Part shown: in pieces, positions 28,272-39,405 of the stretch
How positions within the stretch are numbered: position 1 is the stretch's first letter
Layout: the number at the start of each line of letters is the position of its first letter
From: a virus
Taxonomy: Duplodnaviria; Heunggongvirae; Uroviricota; Caudoviricetes
IMG/VR virus record: IMGVR_UViG_2778261280_000005
Span: 1 to 40,563 of that record
Strand: one strand, 5' to 3'
DNA: 40,563 nt
Made by a program: the position numbers and the translations under genes
Notes under the pieces: generated by a model
Told to the model about the DNA's origin: nothing
The model's input: the letters and a program-made list of their open reading frames with translations, nothing else
Databases searched by the model: none

Positions 28272-28749
28272 TTTAGTTCTTGCGGCATTACGTAAGCTCG
28301 GTGTGGCATCAAATGCCACGTTAACCGATGTCGAACCGCAGTCTATGGAAGACGGCGTCAACGACCTTGAAATGATGATGGCTGAATGGCTTGGCGGTGA
28401 TGCGTCACCTGGTATCAACGTTGGCTACATTTTTGCTGATGCAGATGTTGCTCCGGATCCGGGCGATGAGCACGGTTTATCAAATAACGCTATCAATGCC
28501 GTCATTTTCAACCTTGCCTGCCGAATTGCTCCAGATTATGCGCTGGAAGCGTCTGCAAAACTTATAACCACTGCCAGATACGGGAAAGAGCGACTCGTCA
28601 AACTGTCTGCAATGGACAGAGCAAAAGCCGCTAAATGTAAGTCCGGTTATCCAAACCGTATGCCTGTTGGTAGTGGTAACCAGTTGGCGAAGTGGAACGG
28701 TTGGAATTACTTCCACCGAAAGGAACCTTGCGATAACGGGAGCGAATAA
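28249..28749 (+). CDS. Head-completion / tail-accessory protein (P22 gp4-type)
   Basis: 166 aa from ATG 28249, the same length as P22 gp4; the track's upstream extension reads through the hexanucleotide repeat. Confidence 0.75.
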   Translation: MNLTTKGDLVLAALRKLGVASNATLTDVEPQSMEDGVNDLEMMMAEWLGGDASPGINVGYIFADADVAPDPGDEHGLSNNAINAVIFNLACRIAPDYALEASAKLITTARYGKERLVKLSAMDRAKAAKCKSGYPNRMPVGSGNQLAKWNGWNYFHRKEPCDNGSE

Positions 28750-30168
28750 ATGCCGATTCAGCAACTTCCGCTTATGAAAGGTGTCGGCAAAGACTTTCGA
28801 AACGCTGACTATATCGACTATCTGCCAGTGAATATGTTGGCTACACCAAAAGAAATCCTTAACAGCAGCGGATATCTTCGCTCATTCCCGGGCATTGCCA
28901 AACATTCTGATGTGAACGGCGTATCGCGCGGCGTCGAGTACAACATGGCGCAGAGTGCTGTTTATCGCGTGTGTGGTGGCAAGCTGTATAAGGGCGAAAG
29001 TGAAGTCGGTGATGTTGCCGGAAGTGGTCGTGTATCAATGGCGCATGGTCGGACATCTCAGGCTGTAGGCGTTAATGGTCAACTGGTCGAGTATCGCTAT
29101 GATGGCACGGTTAAAACCGTCTCAAACTGGCCTACAGACAGCGGATTCACGCAGTATGAGTTAGGCTCAGTCCGCGACATTACACGCTTACGTGGGCGTT
29201 ATGCGTGGTCAAAAGACGGCACTGATTCATGGTTTATCACTGACCTTGAAGACGAATCGCATCCTGACCGTTACAGCGCACAATATCGCGCAGAATCGCA
29301 GCCGGACGGCATCATCGGCATCGGCACATGGCGAGACTTCATAGTCTGCTTTGGTTCGTCGACGATTGAATATTTCTCCCTGACTGGTGCAACCACTGTT
29401 GGGGCTGCTCTGTATGTCGCACAGCCATCGCTGATGGTGCAGAAAGGCATTGCCGGGACTTACTGCAAAACGCCATTCGCTGATTCTTATGCGTTCATCA
29501 GCAATCCGGCAACAGGTGCGCCGTCTGTATATATCATCGTCTCCGGTCAGGTATCACCAATCGCCAGCGCGAGCATTGAGAAAATACTACGCTCCTACAC
29601 TGCTGATGAACTGGCTGATGGCGTGATGGAATCGTTGCGGTTTGATGCTCATGAGTTGCTGATTATTCACCTGCCGCGCCATGTTCTTGTTTACGACGCA
29701 TCTTCAAGCGCCAATGGTCCGCAATGGTGTGTGCTGAAAACAGGACTGTATGACGATGTGTACCGAGCTATCGACTTCATTTACGAAGGCAATCAGATAA
29801 CGTGCGGCGATAAACTGGAGTCCGTGACCGGGAAATTGCAATTCGACATCAGCAGCCAGTACGACAAGCAACAGGAACATCTGCTGTTTACTCCTCTGTT
29901 CAAAGCGGATAACGCCAGAGTGTTCGACCTTGAGGTGGAATCATCCACTGGCGTAGCTCAGTACGCCGACCGCCTGTTCCTCTCTGCAACCACTGACGGC
30001 ATCAATTACGGGCGTGAGCAGATGATTGAGCAGAATGAACCGTTCGTTTATGACAAACGTGTTTTGTGGAAGCGAGTCGGGCGCATCAGGAAAAATGTCG
30101 GCTTCAAATTGCGCGTTATCACGAAGTCACCTGTCACTCTGTCTGGCTGCCAGATAAGGATCGAGTAA
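28750..30168 (+). CDS. Tail accessory protein (P22 gp10-type)
   Basis: 472 aa, same size and position as P22 gp10. Confidence 0.85.
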   Translation: MPIQQLPLMKGVGKDFRNADYIDYLPVNMLATPKEILNSSGYLRSFPGIAKHSDVNGVSRGVEYNMAQSAVYRVCGGKLYKGESEVGDVAGSGRVSMAHGRTSQAVGVNGQLVEYRYDGTVKTVSNWPTDSGFTQYELGSVRDITRLRGRYAWSKDGTDSWFITDLEDESHPDRYSAQYRAESQPDGIIGIGTWRDFIVCFGSSTIEYFSLTGATTVGAALYVAQPSLMVQKGIAGTYCKTPFADSYAFISNPATGAPSVYIIVSGQVSPIASASIEKILRSYTADELADGVMESLRFDAHELLIIHLPRHVLVYDASSSANGPQWCVLKTGLYDDVYRAIDFIYEGNQITCGDKLESVTGKLQFDISSQYDKQQEHLLFTPLFKADNARVFDLEVESSTGVAQYADRLFLSATTDGINYGREQMIEQNEPFVYDKRVLWKRVGRIRKNVGFKLRVITKSPVTLSGCQIRIE

Positions 30169-31016
30169 TGGCGGATTCGAATCTCAATGTGCCGGTAATC
30201 ATTCAGGCTACACGGCTCGACACATCAGTCCTTCCACGCAATATCTTCTCGCAGTCGTATCTGCTTTACGTTATCGCACAGGGCACTGATGTTGGTAACG
30301 TGGCTAACAAGGCCAACGAGGCTGGACAGGGCGCTTATGATGCACAGGTCAGGAACGATGAGCAGGATGTGATTCTCGCTGACCATGAGCAGCGAATTTC
30401 TGCTGCGGAAGCAACGCTTGTTAATCATGAGGAGCGAATCAGCCAGGCAGAATCAACTCTTCAGGAACATGAAACGCGAATCGCTCAGAATGAAAGCGAT
30501 ATTGCGTCGCTTGATACCAGAGTTCAGTCGCTGGAATCGCAGGTTTCAGACCATGAAACGCGCATTGATGCTCTGGAGTATGCCACTACTCGCAAGAAGT
30601 CAGAGGTTGTTTACTCTGGCGTATCTGTAACCATCCCGACAGCGCCGACCAACCTTGTTAGCCTGCTGAAAACGCTCACGCCGTCATCCGGCACGTTGGC
30701 ACCATTCTTCGACACCGTTAACAACAAGATGGTTGTGTTCAACGAGAACAAAACCTTGTTCTTCAAGCTGTCTATTGTCGGGACGTGGCCCAGCGGAACC
30801 ACCAACAGGTCAATGCAGCTAACATTTTCCGGCTCTGTTCCTGACACGTTGGTCAGCAGTCGTAATGCGGCGACAACAACCGACAACATCCTGTTAGCTA
30901 CGTTCTTCAGCGTGGATAAAGACGGCTTTCTTGCCACAAATGGCAGCACGTTAACCATTCAGTCGAATGGTGCGGCGTTTACTGCCACAACCATCAAGAT
31001 AATCGCGGAGCAGTGA
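30168..31016 (+). CDS. Tail needle (P22 gp26-type) with extended C-terminal domain
   Basis: 282 aa from ATG 30168 (overlaps gp10 stop); N-terminus [25 protein letters not shown]... and heptad repeats match gp26; C-terminal ~110 aa differ from P22 (Sf6-like knob by recollection). Confidence 0.85.
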   Translation: MADSNLNVPVIIQATRLDTSVLPRNIFSQSYLLYVIAQGTDVGNVANKANEAGQGAYDAQVRNDEQDVILADHEQRISAAEATLVNHEERISQAESTLQEHETRIAQNESDIASLDTRVQSLESQVSDHETRIDALEYATTRKKSEVVYSGVSVTIPTAPTNLVSLLKTLTPSSGTLAPFFDTVNNKMVVFNENKTLFFKLSIVGTWPSGTTNRSMQLTFSGSVPDTLVSSRNAATTTDNILLATFFSVDKDGFLATNGSTLTIQSNGAAFTATTIKIIAEQ

Positions 31017-31471
31017 TGATTCAGTTCAAACCAACGCGAAACATCGACCTGATCGAAGCAGTCGGAAATCACCCTGACATTATTGCCGGAAGCAACAACG
31101 GTGATGGATACGACTACAAGCCTGAATGCCGTTACTTTGAGGTTAACGTGTACGGTCAGTTTGGCGGCATTGTTTACTATCAGGAGATTCAGCCGCTGAC
31201 ATTCGATTGCCACGCCATGTACCTGCCAGAGGTTCGTGGATTCAGCAAGGAAATCGGGCTGGCGTTCTGGCGATACATTCTGACTAACACCACCGTTCAG
31301 TGCGTCACATCGTTCGCCGCACGCAAATTCCGCCACGGGCAGATTTACTGCGCAATGATTGGCCTTAAGCGTGTCGGAACCATCAAGAAATACTTTAAAG
31401 GCGTGGATGACGTGACTTTTTACAGCGCCACACGCGAAGAACTAATCGACTTCCTGAATCACGGGAGATAG
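31016..31471 (+). CDS. P22 gp14-type protein
   Basis: About 151 aa from ATG 31016 overlapping the gp26 stop; positional and recollected similarity. Confidence 0.7.
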   Translation: MIQFKPTRNIDLIEAVGNHPDIIAGSNNGDGYDYKPECRYFEVNVYGQFGGIVYYQEIQPLTFDCHAMYLPEVRGFSKEIGLAFWRYILTNTTVQCVTSFAARKFRHGQIYCAMIGLKRVGTIKKYFKGVDDVTFYSATREELIDFLNHGR

Positions 31472-31473
31472 CC

Positions 31474-32166
31474 ATGTTATATGCATTTAAGCTGGGCAGA
31501 AAACTGCGCGGCGAGGAACCTTATTGCCCTGAAAAAGGCGGGAAAGGTGGCAGTTCTGATAAAAGCGCAAAGTATGCAGCAGAAGCTCAGAAGTATGCCG
31601 CAGACCTGCAAAATCAGCAGTGGCAGACGATCATGAAAAACCTTGCTCCGTTCACGCCTCTTGCGGAGCAGTATGTTAACCAGCTTCAGAACCTTTCCAG
31701 TCTAGAAGGTCAGGGGCAGGCACTTAATCAGTATTACAACTCTCAGCAGTATAAAGACCTTGCAGGTCAGGCTCGTTACCAGAGTCTTGCTGCTGCGGAG
31801 GCGACTGGCGGACTTGGTTCGACAGCCACAAGCAATCAACTGGCTACGATTGCTCCGACTCTCGGTCAGTCGTGGTTATCAAACCAGATGAGCAATTACA
31901 ACAATCTGGCAAACGTTGGGCTTGGTGCGCTGCAAGGTCAGGCAAACGCTGGGCAGACATACGCCAACAACATGAGCAGCATTGCACAGCAAAGTGCAGC
32001 ACTTGCCGCTGCTAATGCCAATAAACCATCAAGTCTTCAGACTGCAATTAGCGGTGGCACGTCTGGTGCGATTGCCGGTGCAGGTCTTGCCAGTCTTTTG
32101 GGAACATCAACGCCTTGGGGCGCTGGCATTGGTGCTGGTATCGGATTGCTTGGCTCGTTGTTTTAA
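31474..32166 (+). CDS. Ejection (E) protein, P22 gp7-type
   Basis: 230 aa, Q/A/G-rich, position after gp14. Confidence 0.8.
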   Translation: MLYAFKLGRKLRGEEPYCPEKGGKGGSSDKSAKYAAEAQKYAADLQNQQWQTIMKNLAPFTPLAEQYVNQLQNLSSLEGQGQALNQYYNSQQYKDLAGQARYQSLAAAEATGGLGSTATSNQLATIAPTLGQSWLSNQMSNYNNLANVGLGALQGQANAGQTYANNMSSIAQQSAALAAANANKPSSLQTAISGGTSGAIAGAGLASLLGTSTPWGAGIGAGIGLLGSLF

Positions 32167-32175
32167 GGGGTAATC

Positions 32176-33564
32176 ATGGCTACTTGGCAAGGAACAAACG
32201 GCGGATTGTTGGCTGGTATCGGCGGCGTCAACTCAAACGCTCCGAGCGTAAATGACATCGGCAATACGCTTCAGCTTATCAGGCAGAACAATGATATTGA
32301 GCGTTCAGGCGCTAACAATGTTGGGCTGACTGCTTTGCAAGGCCTTTCAGGTATTGCGGGGGTGTTTCAGCAGGAAAAGCAGGCTCAGCGGCAGAAAGAA
32401 TTTCAGCAGGCATACGCTAATGCTTATGCGTCTGGTGATCGCGGTGCTTTGCGTCAGTTGGCTACTCAATATCCAGACCAGATTGAATCCGTTCGTAAAG
32501 GCATGGGATTCATTGATGAAGAGCAGCGTAATTCTATCGGCACCTTAGCGGCTGGCGCACGCCTTGCGGCCTCGTCTCCAGAAGCAATGCAATCATGGCT
32601 GCAAAACAACGCCAAGGAACTGACTCGCGTCGGTGTTGACCCTAATAACGTTGCTCAGATGTATCAGCAGAATCCTTCAGGATTTGGTGAGTTTGTTGAT
32701 CACCTTGGAATGGCCGCGCTTGGTCCGATTGATTACTTCAATGTTCAGGACAAGATGGCTGGTCGTGAGATTGATCGCGGAAAACTTGCAGAGACAATCC
32801 GCAGCAATCAGGCTGGCGAGGCGCTAACAGCACGAGGCCAGAACATCACGATGCGCGGTCAGGACTTATCTGCTTCTACTGCGCGACGAGGTCAGGATTT
32901 GGCAATGCAGCGAGCGTCAACAAGAGGAATCGCTGGGAATGATGAGCGTACAGTTCAGTTATCAGATGGCAGAACTGTAACGGTAGGCGGGAAGCTTCAT
33001 GGCGCTGGGGCTAATGCGTTCTACGAAGGTATCGACAACGAGGGGAATATGGTTCGCGTTCCTGCCAGTTCAATCGCAGCGCCTGCAACATCGTCTGCAT
33101 CAGCACAAAACTATGCCATGAAGAAGGATATCGACGCGATCGCAAATGCAGACGCTTCTGCTCTCGATTTCATGACAGGAATGACCGGCGGCGCAGGTAA
33201 CCCGGCAATTGGTGCTGATGTTCGCAGCCGATTAACAGGAAAAGAGCAGCGCCAGTTATATAACTCAGCACAACGCATTCAGGGCAGAATGCAGAATCAG
33301 GGTGTGGCGGCAGCAAGGGACATGGGGGCCAGTGGTATTAACACCGTTGCAGAAGCGAAGATGTATTTTCAGGGGATGCCGCAGGTTGACTATTCAAGCC
33401 CGGAGGCTATGCAGCAGTCGATTCGTGAAATTCAGGAATACACCAACAATTACAACCAACAATATAACGTTAATGTTGGTAAATCTCAGCGGAAGCAATC
33501 TCAACCTGCACAGGTATCACAGCCAGCAGCCAGCAGTAACTTTTCTTCACTATGGGGTGATTAA
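32176..33564 (+). CDS. Ejection protein, P22 gp20-type
   Basis: 462 aa, position and composition. Confidence 0.8.
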   Translation: MATWQGTNGGLLAGIGGVNSNAPSVNDIGNTLQLIRQNNDIERSGANNVGLTALQGLSGIAGVFQQEKQAQRQKEFQQAYANAYASGDRGALRQLATQYPDQIESVRKGMGFIDEEQRNSIGTLAAGARLAASSPEAMQSWLQNNAKELTRVGVDPNNVAQMYQQNPSGFGEFVDHLGMAALGPIDYFNVQDKMAGREIDRGKLAETIRSNQAGEALTARGQNITMRGQDLSASTARRGQDLAMQRASTRGIAGNDERTVQLSDGRTVTVGGKLHGAGANAFYEGIDNEGNMVRVPASSIAAPATSSASAQNYAMKKDIDAIANADASALDFMTGMTGGAGNPAIGADVRSRLTGKEQRQLYNSAQRIQGRMQNQGVAAARDMGASGINTVAEAKMYFQGMPQVDYSSPEAMQQSIREIQEYTNNYNQQYNVNVGKSQRKQSQPAQVSQPAASSNFSSLWGD

Positions 33565-35561
33565 TGGCTAAAGCATGGAAAGATGTTATCGCCTCTCCAC
33601 AGTATCAGGCGTTAGCACCAGAACAAAAAGCGCAGGCTCAGGAGCAATACTTCAATGAAGTCGTGGCCCCGCAAGCCGGAGAAAATGCAGAGCAGGCTAA
33701 GCAAGCTTTCTATGCTGCCTATCCATTGCCATCTGTGCAGCCAGTGGAGACACAACAACCATTAGCACAGCAACAACCACAGCAAAGTGGATTTATGTCT
33801 GATCTTGGCGAAGCAGTAAGAGAGACTGGTCGCGGACTGGTGCAGGCTGGCGTGAACGTGGCAAACATACCTGCATCAGTTGCCGATGCTGTAACAAGTG
33901 CGGCGGCATGGGCCGGCGGTAAACTCGGTATTGGCGATGGAACATACCAACCAGCGCCACGAGTAACAACGCAGGGATTGGAGCAGGACTTTGGCCTTCA
34001 GCAAGGTGCGCTGACTCCACAAACGACAGAGGGAAGGGTATTTGCTGAAGCATTGCCTTACCTCACTCCTGCTGGCGTTGAGAGAGCGGCAGCACAGGCA
34101 CCAACACTTGCTGGTCGAATTGCTCAGGGGGCAACTCGCCTTCTCGCTGAAAACGCAGTTGGATCACTTGCTGCAAATAGTGCGAAAGATGATGCGGAAG
34201 CACTCGCCACCGATTTAGGCGTTGGTGTACTTGCTGGCGGTGCTATTAACGCTGCTGGACGTGGATTAGGTGCTGCTTATCGTGGCGTTCGTGGTGCTAT
34301 CACGCCAGAAGCGCAGCAGGCTATCAGATTTGCAGAGCGTGAAGGAGTTCCTCTGCACACCACAGACCTGTTACAACCCACTTCCCGCGTCGGAAAAATG
34401 GCGCAGACTACAGCAGAAAATATCCCTCTGGCTGGCACAAGCGGAATGAGAGCAACGCAACAGGAAGCGAGAAGCCAGTTGGTGCAGAGATTTGCCGATA
34501 AATTCGGTGAGTATGATCCAGCGGTTATTATTGACAGCCTTAAAGCGAAAACATCAGGAATTCGTCGTGCCGCCGGTAATCGACTGGAGCAGGTTCAGAA
34601 TGCTATGGCGGGAGTCAATATCCAGCCTGCGCGAGCAATTCAGCAGATTGATACTGAGATATCTAATCTGCAGAAGCTTGGTAAGGTAGCTGATAACGAG
34701 ACAATTTCAAAACTTCAGTCATATCGTGATGAGCTTGTTCGCAATGCTGGCCCTGATGGTCCGGTAAATCTGGATTTGAAGCAATTAAGCGACCTGCGCA
34801 GCCAGTTCAGAATGGACGTGAAGGGTGAGCGACCAGTGTTACCAAACCGTTCAGATGCTGCCATTCAGCGCGTTTACAAGGCAATGACTGACGATATCAA
34901 TGGTGCCATTGGTCAGAATCTTGGCAACGATACTCTCCGTAAATATCAGCAGGCCAATGCCGTCTATGCTGACGAAGCTGCGAAACTAAAGAATACCAGG
35001 CTGAAGAATGTTCTCATGAAAGGCGATCTGACGCCGGAAGTTGTCAACAACATGCTATTCAGCAAGAACAAATCGGAAATTAAGACTCTGTATAACTCAG
35101 TTGGTCGTGTTGGCAGGGCGCAAATGCGCAATGGCATCATTGGAAAGGCGATGGAGAAATCAGGTGGTTCCCCTGACCAGTTCCTTCGGCAGCTTAACAT
35201 CCTGCAAAACCAGACTGGCATCACATTTAAAGGTCAGGAAGCCGCTTATCTGAAAGGATTGAAAAACTACCTGCAATCCACGCAGCAGGCTGCAAAAGCG
35301 GCAGTAACAACACCAACAGGGCAGCAAACCATCCCGTTCATTATCGGGTATGGGACGGCAATGAACCCGGCGACAACTGGCGCAGCGGTAAGCTACGGAC
35401 TTCTTACTCGCGCCTATGAGAGCGAGCCATTCAGAAATGCAATGCTCCGAATGGCAAACACCCCACGCGGATCAACAGCGTTTGAGAAAGCCATGCAGCA
35501 GGCGCAAAAGGCCATTAACGCCCTGACTCAAGGTGCCAAGTCTGATGCGTTGTCAGAATAG
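33564..35561 (+). CDS. Ejection protein, P22 gp16-type
   Basis: 665 aa, position and composition. Confidence 0.8.
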   Translation: MAKAWKDVIASPQYQALAPEQKAQAQEQYFNEVVAPQAGENAEQAKQAFYAAYPLPSVQPVETQQPLAQQQPQQSGFMSDLGEAVRETGRGLVQAGVNVANIPASVADAVTSAAAWAGGKLGIGDGTYQPAPRVTTQGLEQDFGLQQGALTPQTTEGRVFAEALPYLTPAGVERAAAQAPTLAGRIAQGATRLLAENAVGSLAANSAKDDAEALATDLGVGVLAGGAINAAGRGLGAAYRGVRGAITPEAQQAIRFAEREGVPLHTTDLLQPTSRVGKMAQTTAENIPLAGTSGMRATQQEARSQLVQRFADKFGEYDPAVIIDSLKAKTSGIRRAAGNRLEQVQNAMAGVNIQPARAIQQIDTEISNLQKLGKVADNETISKLQSYRDELVRNAGPDGPVNLDLKQLSDLRSQFRMDVKGERPVLPNRSDAAIQRVYKAMTDDINGAIGQNLGNDTLRKYQQANAVYADEAAKLKNTRLKNVLMKGDLTPEVVNNMLFSKNKSEIKTLYNSVGRVGRAQMRNGIIGKAMEKSGGSPDQFLRQLNILQNQTGITFKGQEAAYLKGLKNYLQSTQQAAKAAVTTPTGQQTIPFIIGYGTAMNPATTGAAVSYGLLTRAYESEPFRNAMLRMANTPRGSTAFEKAMQQAQKAINALTQGAKSDALSE

Positions 35562-35630
35562 CTTCGCAAACACCAGGAACGTGCAAAAACCAAATATGTA
35601 GAACGCAATATTCAGCATGTCTCTTTGCAT
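35553..35630 (-). CDS. Small hydrophobic peptide (25 aa) downstream of mnt
   Basis: MQRDMLNIAFYIFGFCTFLVFAKLF; ATG 35630 seven nt after GGAGGA; 3' end overlaps the gp16 stop region; speculative. Confidence 0.25.
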   Translation of the reverse strand: MQRDMLNIAFYIFGFCTFLVFAKLF

Positions 35631-35650
35631 AAATCCTCCGTAACTGATAG

Positions 35651-35944
35651 TTAGCTGCTGTCTTTTTTATATAGCTCTTTGAGCGTATCAAAGACAATTT
35701 TCTTAACCATATCAGATTGTTGTTCTGCCATACGCTCTGCATCGTCAATGTAAACTGATGCAGAGCTTTGTTTAGCCAATGATTCTTCAATCGCTGCAAT
35801 TATCTCTGAGTTCAGAGACCTGTTATTCATCTTCGCACGCTGTTTAATTTTCGCGTGGAGTTCATGCGGAAGTCTCAAGTGAAACTGCGCCTCGTCGTAT
35901 TTGCTGTACATCCTTGATGCCTCACCAGTTGGGTGGAATGGCAT
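35651..35944 (-). CDS. mnt: Mnt-like ribbon-helix-helix repressor
   Basis: C-terminal ...DAERMAEQQSDMVKKIVFDTLKELYKK matches P22 Mnt ...DAERLADEQSELVKKMVFDTLKDLYKK (recollection); start may be ATG 35944 or 35911. Confidence 0.7.
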   Translation of the reverse strand: MPFHPTGEASRMYSKYDEAQFHLRLPHELHAKIKQRAKMNNRSLNSEIIAAIEESLAKQSSASVYIDDAERMAEQQSDMVKKIVFDTLKELYKKDSS

Positions 35945-36032
35945 CGTAACCTACTGGATAAATACTCAATAGTACCATTTCGGTATGCAATCACATCATG
36001 GTTGCATCATATCATTCGTCTGGAGCAATGAA

Positions 36033-37961
36033 ATGTCAGATATCACCGCAAATGTTGTGGTAAGCATGCCTTCGCAACTCTTCACTATGGCTCGTTCTTT
36101 TAAAGCCGTAGCCAATGGCAAAATTTATATCGGTAAAATTGACACGGACCCTGTAAATCCTGAAAACCAGATTCAGGTTTATGTGGAGAACGAAGACGGT
36201 TCTCACGTTCCTGTTGCACAGCCAATCATCATTAACTCTGCTGGATATCCTGTATATAACGGACAGATTGCCAAATTCGTAACTGTGCAAGGCCATTCTA
36301 TGGCTGTGTACGATGCGTACGGTGCGCAGCAGTTTTATTTTCCAAATGTGCTGAAGTATGACCCTGATCAGTTACGGAATGATTTATCCAGCGGATCAAA
36401 TAATCTCGGTGACAACCTTGTTGCTGTAAAGCAGCCATTCCCTCTGGTGATGCAAAGAACGCAACATGATTTCAACGCAGATTATATAAATGTCAAGGAT
36501 TGGGGTGCAAAAGGGGACGGTGTAACAGATGACACCAATGCCATCGACGCCGCGTGTGCAGCATTAACAGGAACTAGTTTAGTCACTAACTTCCGTAGAC
36601 TGTACTTACCGCATGGTACATATATCTACAATGGGGCGGGTATCACTCTGCCGAGTGGGACCACTATTTGCGGGGAAGATTTATTCACAATAATCGACGC
36701 CTCGAATAATGCCAACTCAGGATATTTAGTAACCCTGGTAGGATTTGGAGCGCGACTAGAAACACTACGCTTAAAAGGGAATGCAAGTAATGCTAACCTT
36801 AAGGGGATTTCTAGCGCGTATAACTCGGATAATGGCGGTGTTGTAGACGCAATACTTGAAGACTTCCACTACGGTATGGATATTGATAAATGTTGGTACT
36901 CTGTGTACCAAAATATCCGTTTCCGTCGTAGTGGCTCATCTGTGGTGCTAACAGGATCACATATCCGAATTGGCTACAATCAGCCAACAAAGGAAGTCAA
37001 CAACGTTAACTTCTCAAATATATGGATGACAGGGCAGCAAGCACATTCAGTGACCGTACATTGCAAAACTCAAACTCTTACATGGAATGAGTGCTCGTTC
37101 GAAACTAAAGGTCAGTCACGCATATACTTTGCTACTGCAGAATCAGTAAACACGTTTACCCTCAACTCTTGTTATATCGAGGGGGATGTAGAATCCTCGT
37201 CTTACCCATATTTGGTAGAGGGGCAGACTGTAAATCAGGTAATAACCTGTAACGATTGCATGTTCCGTTTAGGAAACACAGCTAGCTCACTTGGTAAGAA
37301 CATCACTATCAATTTAAACGGCGGTTGGTCCAATAGCCCTGACGTATCTTTACAGTCTAATAATACCAAAGTTTGGATGACTAACTATCTTTACTTAGGC
37401 GCATTCTCTGACGCCCCTAATTACAGTCAGTCTGGCGATTACGACGGCTCAGCTATGCACAGTGCTTCGGTGATGATGTCTCCAAGACCAATGGATATAA
37501 GGGATTGGAATTCAGTGATACCTCATTACGTAAATTACAAGACACACCAATCGACCTCACCAGTTGATATATTCAAGATTTACATTCCAACCGGATCAAA
37601 TCCGAGACAAATGCTTCTAAATATAAAAGCATTAACAAAAAGCACAAGTGAAACATATATTCAGGGAGTTGAGGAATATATGTTAGCGATAACATTGCCA
37701 GAAACTTCAACTCCAGGAACTGGGACATACGTAGCAAAATTACACTCTTCATCAAAAGATAACGCAACATTGCTTTCTGATATGGCGTTTAGTATCACAT
37801 CAAATGGTTATGACAGCACAACTGATGCTTACGAATACACTATTTCTCATAGCGTTTCTAATAGCACCAGGCTTGGAACTACTACATATGTTATGAATGG
37901 AGTATTCACGTTAAATGGTTTATCTACAACAACACCTAAATGGAGAATTCGTCGATTGTAA
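36033..37961 (+). CDS. Tailspike: P22-type head-binding N-domain plus divergent beta-helix receptor-binding domain
   Basis: 642 aa from ATG 36033 (GGAG RBS); N-terminus [68 protein letters not shown]... matches the P22/Sf6 tailspike head-binding domain; remainder unlike P22, with a pectate-lyase-like motif [19 protein letters not shown]. Confidence 0.85.
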   Translation: MSDITANVVVSMPSQLFTMARSFKAVANGKIYIGKIDTDPVNPENQIQVYVENEDGSHVPVAQPIIINSAGYPVYNGQIAKFVTVQGHSMAVYDAYGAQQFYFPNVLKYDPDQLRNDLSSGSNNLGDNLVAVKQPFPLVMQRTQHDFNADYINVKDWGAKGDGVTDDTNAIDAACAALTGTSLVTNFRRLYLPHGTYIYNGAGITLPSGTTICGEDLFTIIDASNNANSGYLVTLVGFGARLETLRLKGNASNANLKGISSAYNSDNGGVVDAILEDFHYGMDIDKCWYSVYQNIRFRRSGSSVVLTGSHIRIGYNQPTKEVNNVNFSNIWMTGQQAHSVTVHCKTQTLTWNECSFETKGQSRIYFATAESVNTFTLNSCYIEGDVESSSYPYLVEGQTVNQVITCNDCMFRLGNTASSLGKNITINLNGGWSNSPDVSLQSNNTKVWMTNYLYLGAFSDAPNYSQSGDYDGSAMHSASVMMSPRPMDIRDWNSVIPHYVNYKTHQSTSPVDIFKIYIPTGSNPRQMLLNIKALTKSTSETYIQGVEEYMLAITLPETSTPGTGTYVAKLHSSSKDNATLLSDMAFSITSNGYDSTTDAYEYTISHSVSNSTRLGTTTYVMNGVFTLNGLSTTTPKWRIRRL

Positions 37962-37998
37962 AAAGACTTTCGCCCTCTTAAGAGGGCGAAAGTCTTTT
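37961..37998. terminator. Bidirectional rho-independent terminator between convergent tailspike and acetylase genes
   Basis: Perfect 17-bp inverted repeat aaaagactttcgccctc / gagggcgaaagtctttt with 4-nt loop, with A-run and T-run on the two arms. Confidence 0.75.
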
Positions 37999-38995
37999 AA
38001 CAGAAGTATCGTACTAAAGGGATTCTTTTCAAAATATACGAAACACATAAAGAGGCAATAAACATAAAAATACACACCATTGGTAAGAAGTAAGTCATGG
38101 AATTTGTCCAACTTAGTTGCCATACATGCTGTTTTAATGGGATTAATAATGCTGGGTGAATGCAATAAATAGCAAATGTATATTTGCTTATATTGTGAGA
38201 TATTTTGTTTAAATAAATGGAATTAATTTTTGTACATAAAAGTAGCAGTGAACATGCAGCAATTAATGTATTTAATGCATAGTTATCTAGAAATGCTTGG
38301 CTAGGTTTTCCTATAAAATGTGAATAAAAACTATTCATTAATGCTGTGAATATAATTGCCAGCATGAATACCGATAATAATAAAAATCTGTTGTTAAATT
38401 TATCTTTTATATCATAGATATACTTTCCAATAAACATATACCAACTAAGTGTTGTCATTGAGTCTAGATTGAACTTAGATTGTAAATTAATACCTGTTAG
38501 TGATTTAAATACATTTAATTGAAAGAGTAATGCCAATGAAATTAATAGTAATATTTTCTGTTTCTCACTCATACTATAGTATGTGAAAGATATTACAGGG
38601 GTTATTGCATACATTCCTAGTAGGAAGTACAAATACCAAAGGTGGTACATGGCTTGCCCATTAAATACTTTGCTAATAAATCCTGTAAATGTAGGGTCAT
38701 TATTATATGCGATATAGTAAAAAGCAGACCATGCAAATAATACCGCTGTGGCTTTTGGTAATTTTTTCTTGTAAAACTTAAATGGTTTAATATTCTCCTT
38801 TAGCAAAAGGATGCCTGATATCATAATGAAAATAGGAACTGCGCATCTTGATAAAGAGTTATAAAAGTTAACTACTTCCCATACTGGTTGGAATTTATAA
38901 TTCCAGTATGCGGTAACGTGCGTCATTACTACAAGGAAGCAAGACACTGTTCTTGCAAGATCTATATCGTAAATACGTCCTGCTACGTTACTCAT
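37997..38995 (-). CDS. oac: O-antigen acetyltransferase (acyltransferase-3 family integral membrane protein)
   Basis: 332-aa multi-TM protein in the tailspike-oac-int arrangement described for Shigella phage Sf6 (recollection); AT-rich. Confidence 0.75.
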   Translation of the reverse strand: MSNVAGRIYDIDLARTVSCFLVVMTHVTAYWNYKFQPVWEVVNFYNSLSRCAVPIFIMISGILLLKENIKPFKFYKKKLPKATAVLFAWSAFYYIAYNNDPTFTGFISKVFNGQAMYHLWYLYFLLGMYAITPVISFTYYSMSEKQKILLLISLALLFQLNVFKSLTGINLQSKFNLDSMTTLSWYMFIGKYIYDIKDKFNNRFLLLSVFMLAIIFTALMNSFYSHFIGKPSQAFLDNYALNTLIAACSLLLLCTKINSIYLNKISHNISKYTFAIYCIHPALLIPLKQHVWQLSWTNSMTYFLPMVCIFMFIASLCVSYILKRIPLVRYFC

Positions 38996-39405
38996 TATAT
39001 GATAATCCTTAATGTTAAAAATTGTATAAAACAGTCAATTTTAAAAGTCATGTAGTTTATCATTACTGCGAAACTTGATCGACCATCATGTTTAAACATA
39101 CTGCATCAAAAGAAAAATGAATGGTAGAGTATAACGTTTGCACTTACAGAGAAACTTTATGATTAAGCGCCATGGTTCATACCATCAAAGAATCCTGATA
39201 ATATGAAAATGAAAAGATGGAGATGCTGTCAGATAACAAATCTCTGATGCGTATCTGGCGGCATTCTTAGTGATAGTTTGTATTATCAAAGATAATATCT
39301 CTAGTGAGTTTGATGATGATTATATCATGCAAGGCAAAATTGATGCACACAAAGCTTTTCACTGGATTGCTAGGCTTTGTGCTCTTTGGTAGTGGTTAAG
39401 GCGGA

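Noticed and set aside
27963-28418. Minus-strand ORFs (27963-28418, 28109-28312) with WLWLWL and GSGSGS tracts
   Set aside because: They are alternative-frame readings of the (GAGCCA)n microsatellite and lie antisense to the well-supported coat/gp4 region
30066-30167. N-terminal extension of the tail needle ORF overlapping gp10
   Set aside because: The gp26-like sequence starts at MADSNLN (ATG 30168), which overlaps the gp10 stop
38996-39405. Short ORFs (13-14 aa) in the AT-rich oac-int intergenic region as possible leader peptides
   Set aside because: They are very short with no convincing RBS or attenuator structure; the region is more simply explained as an AT-rich promoter region for oac
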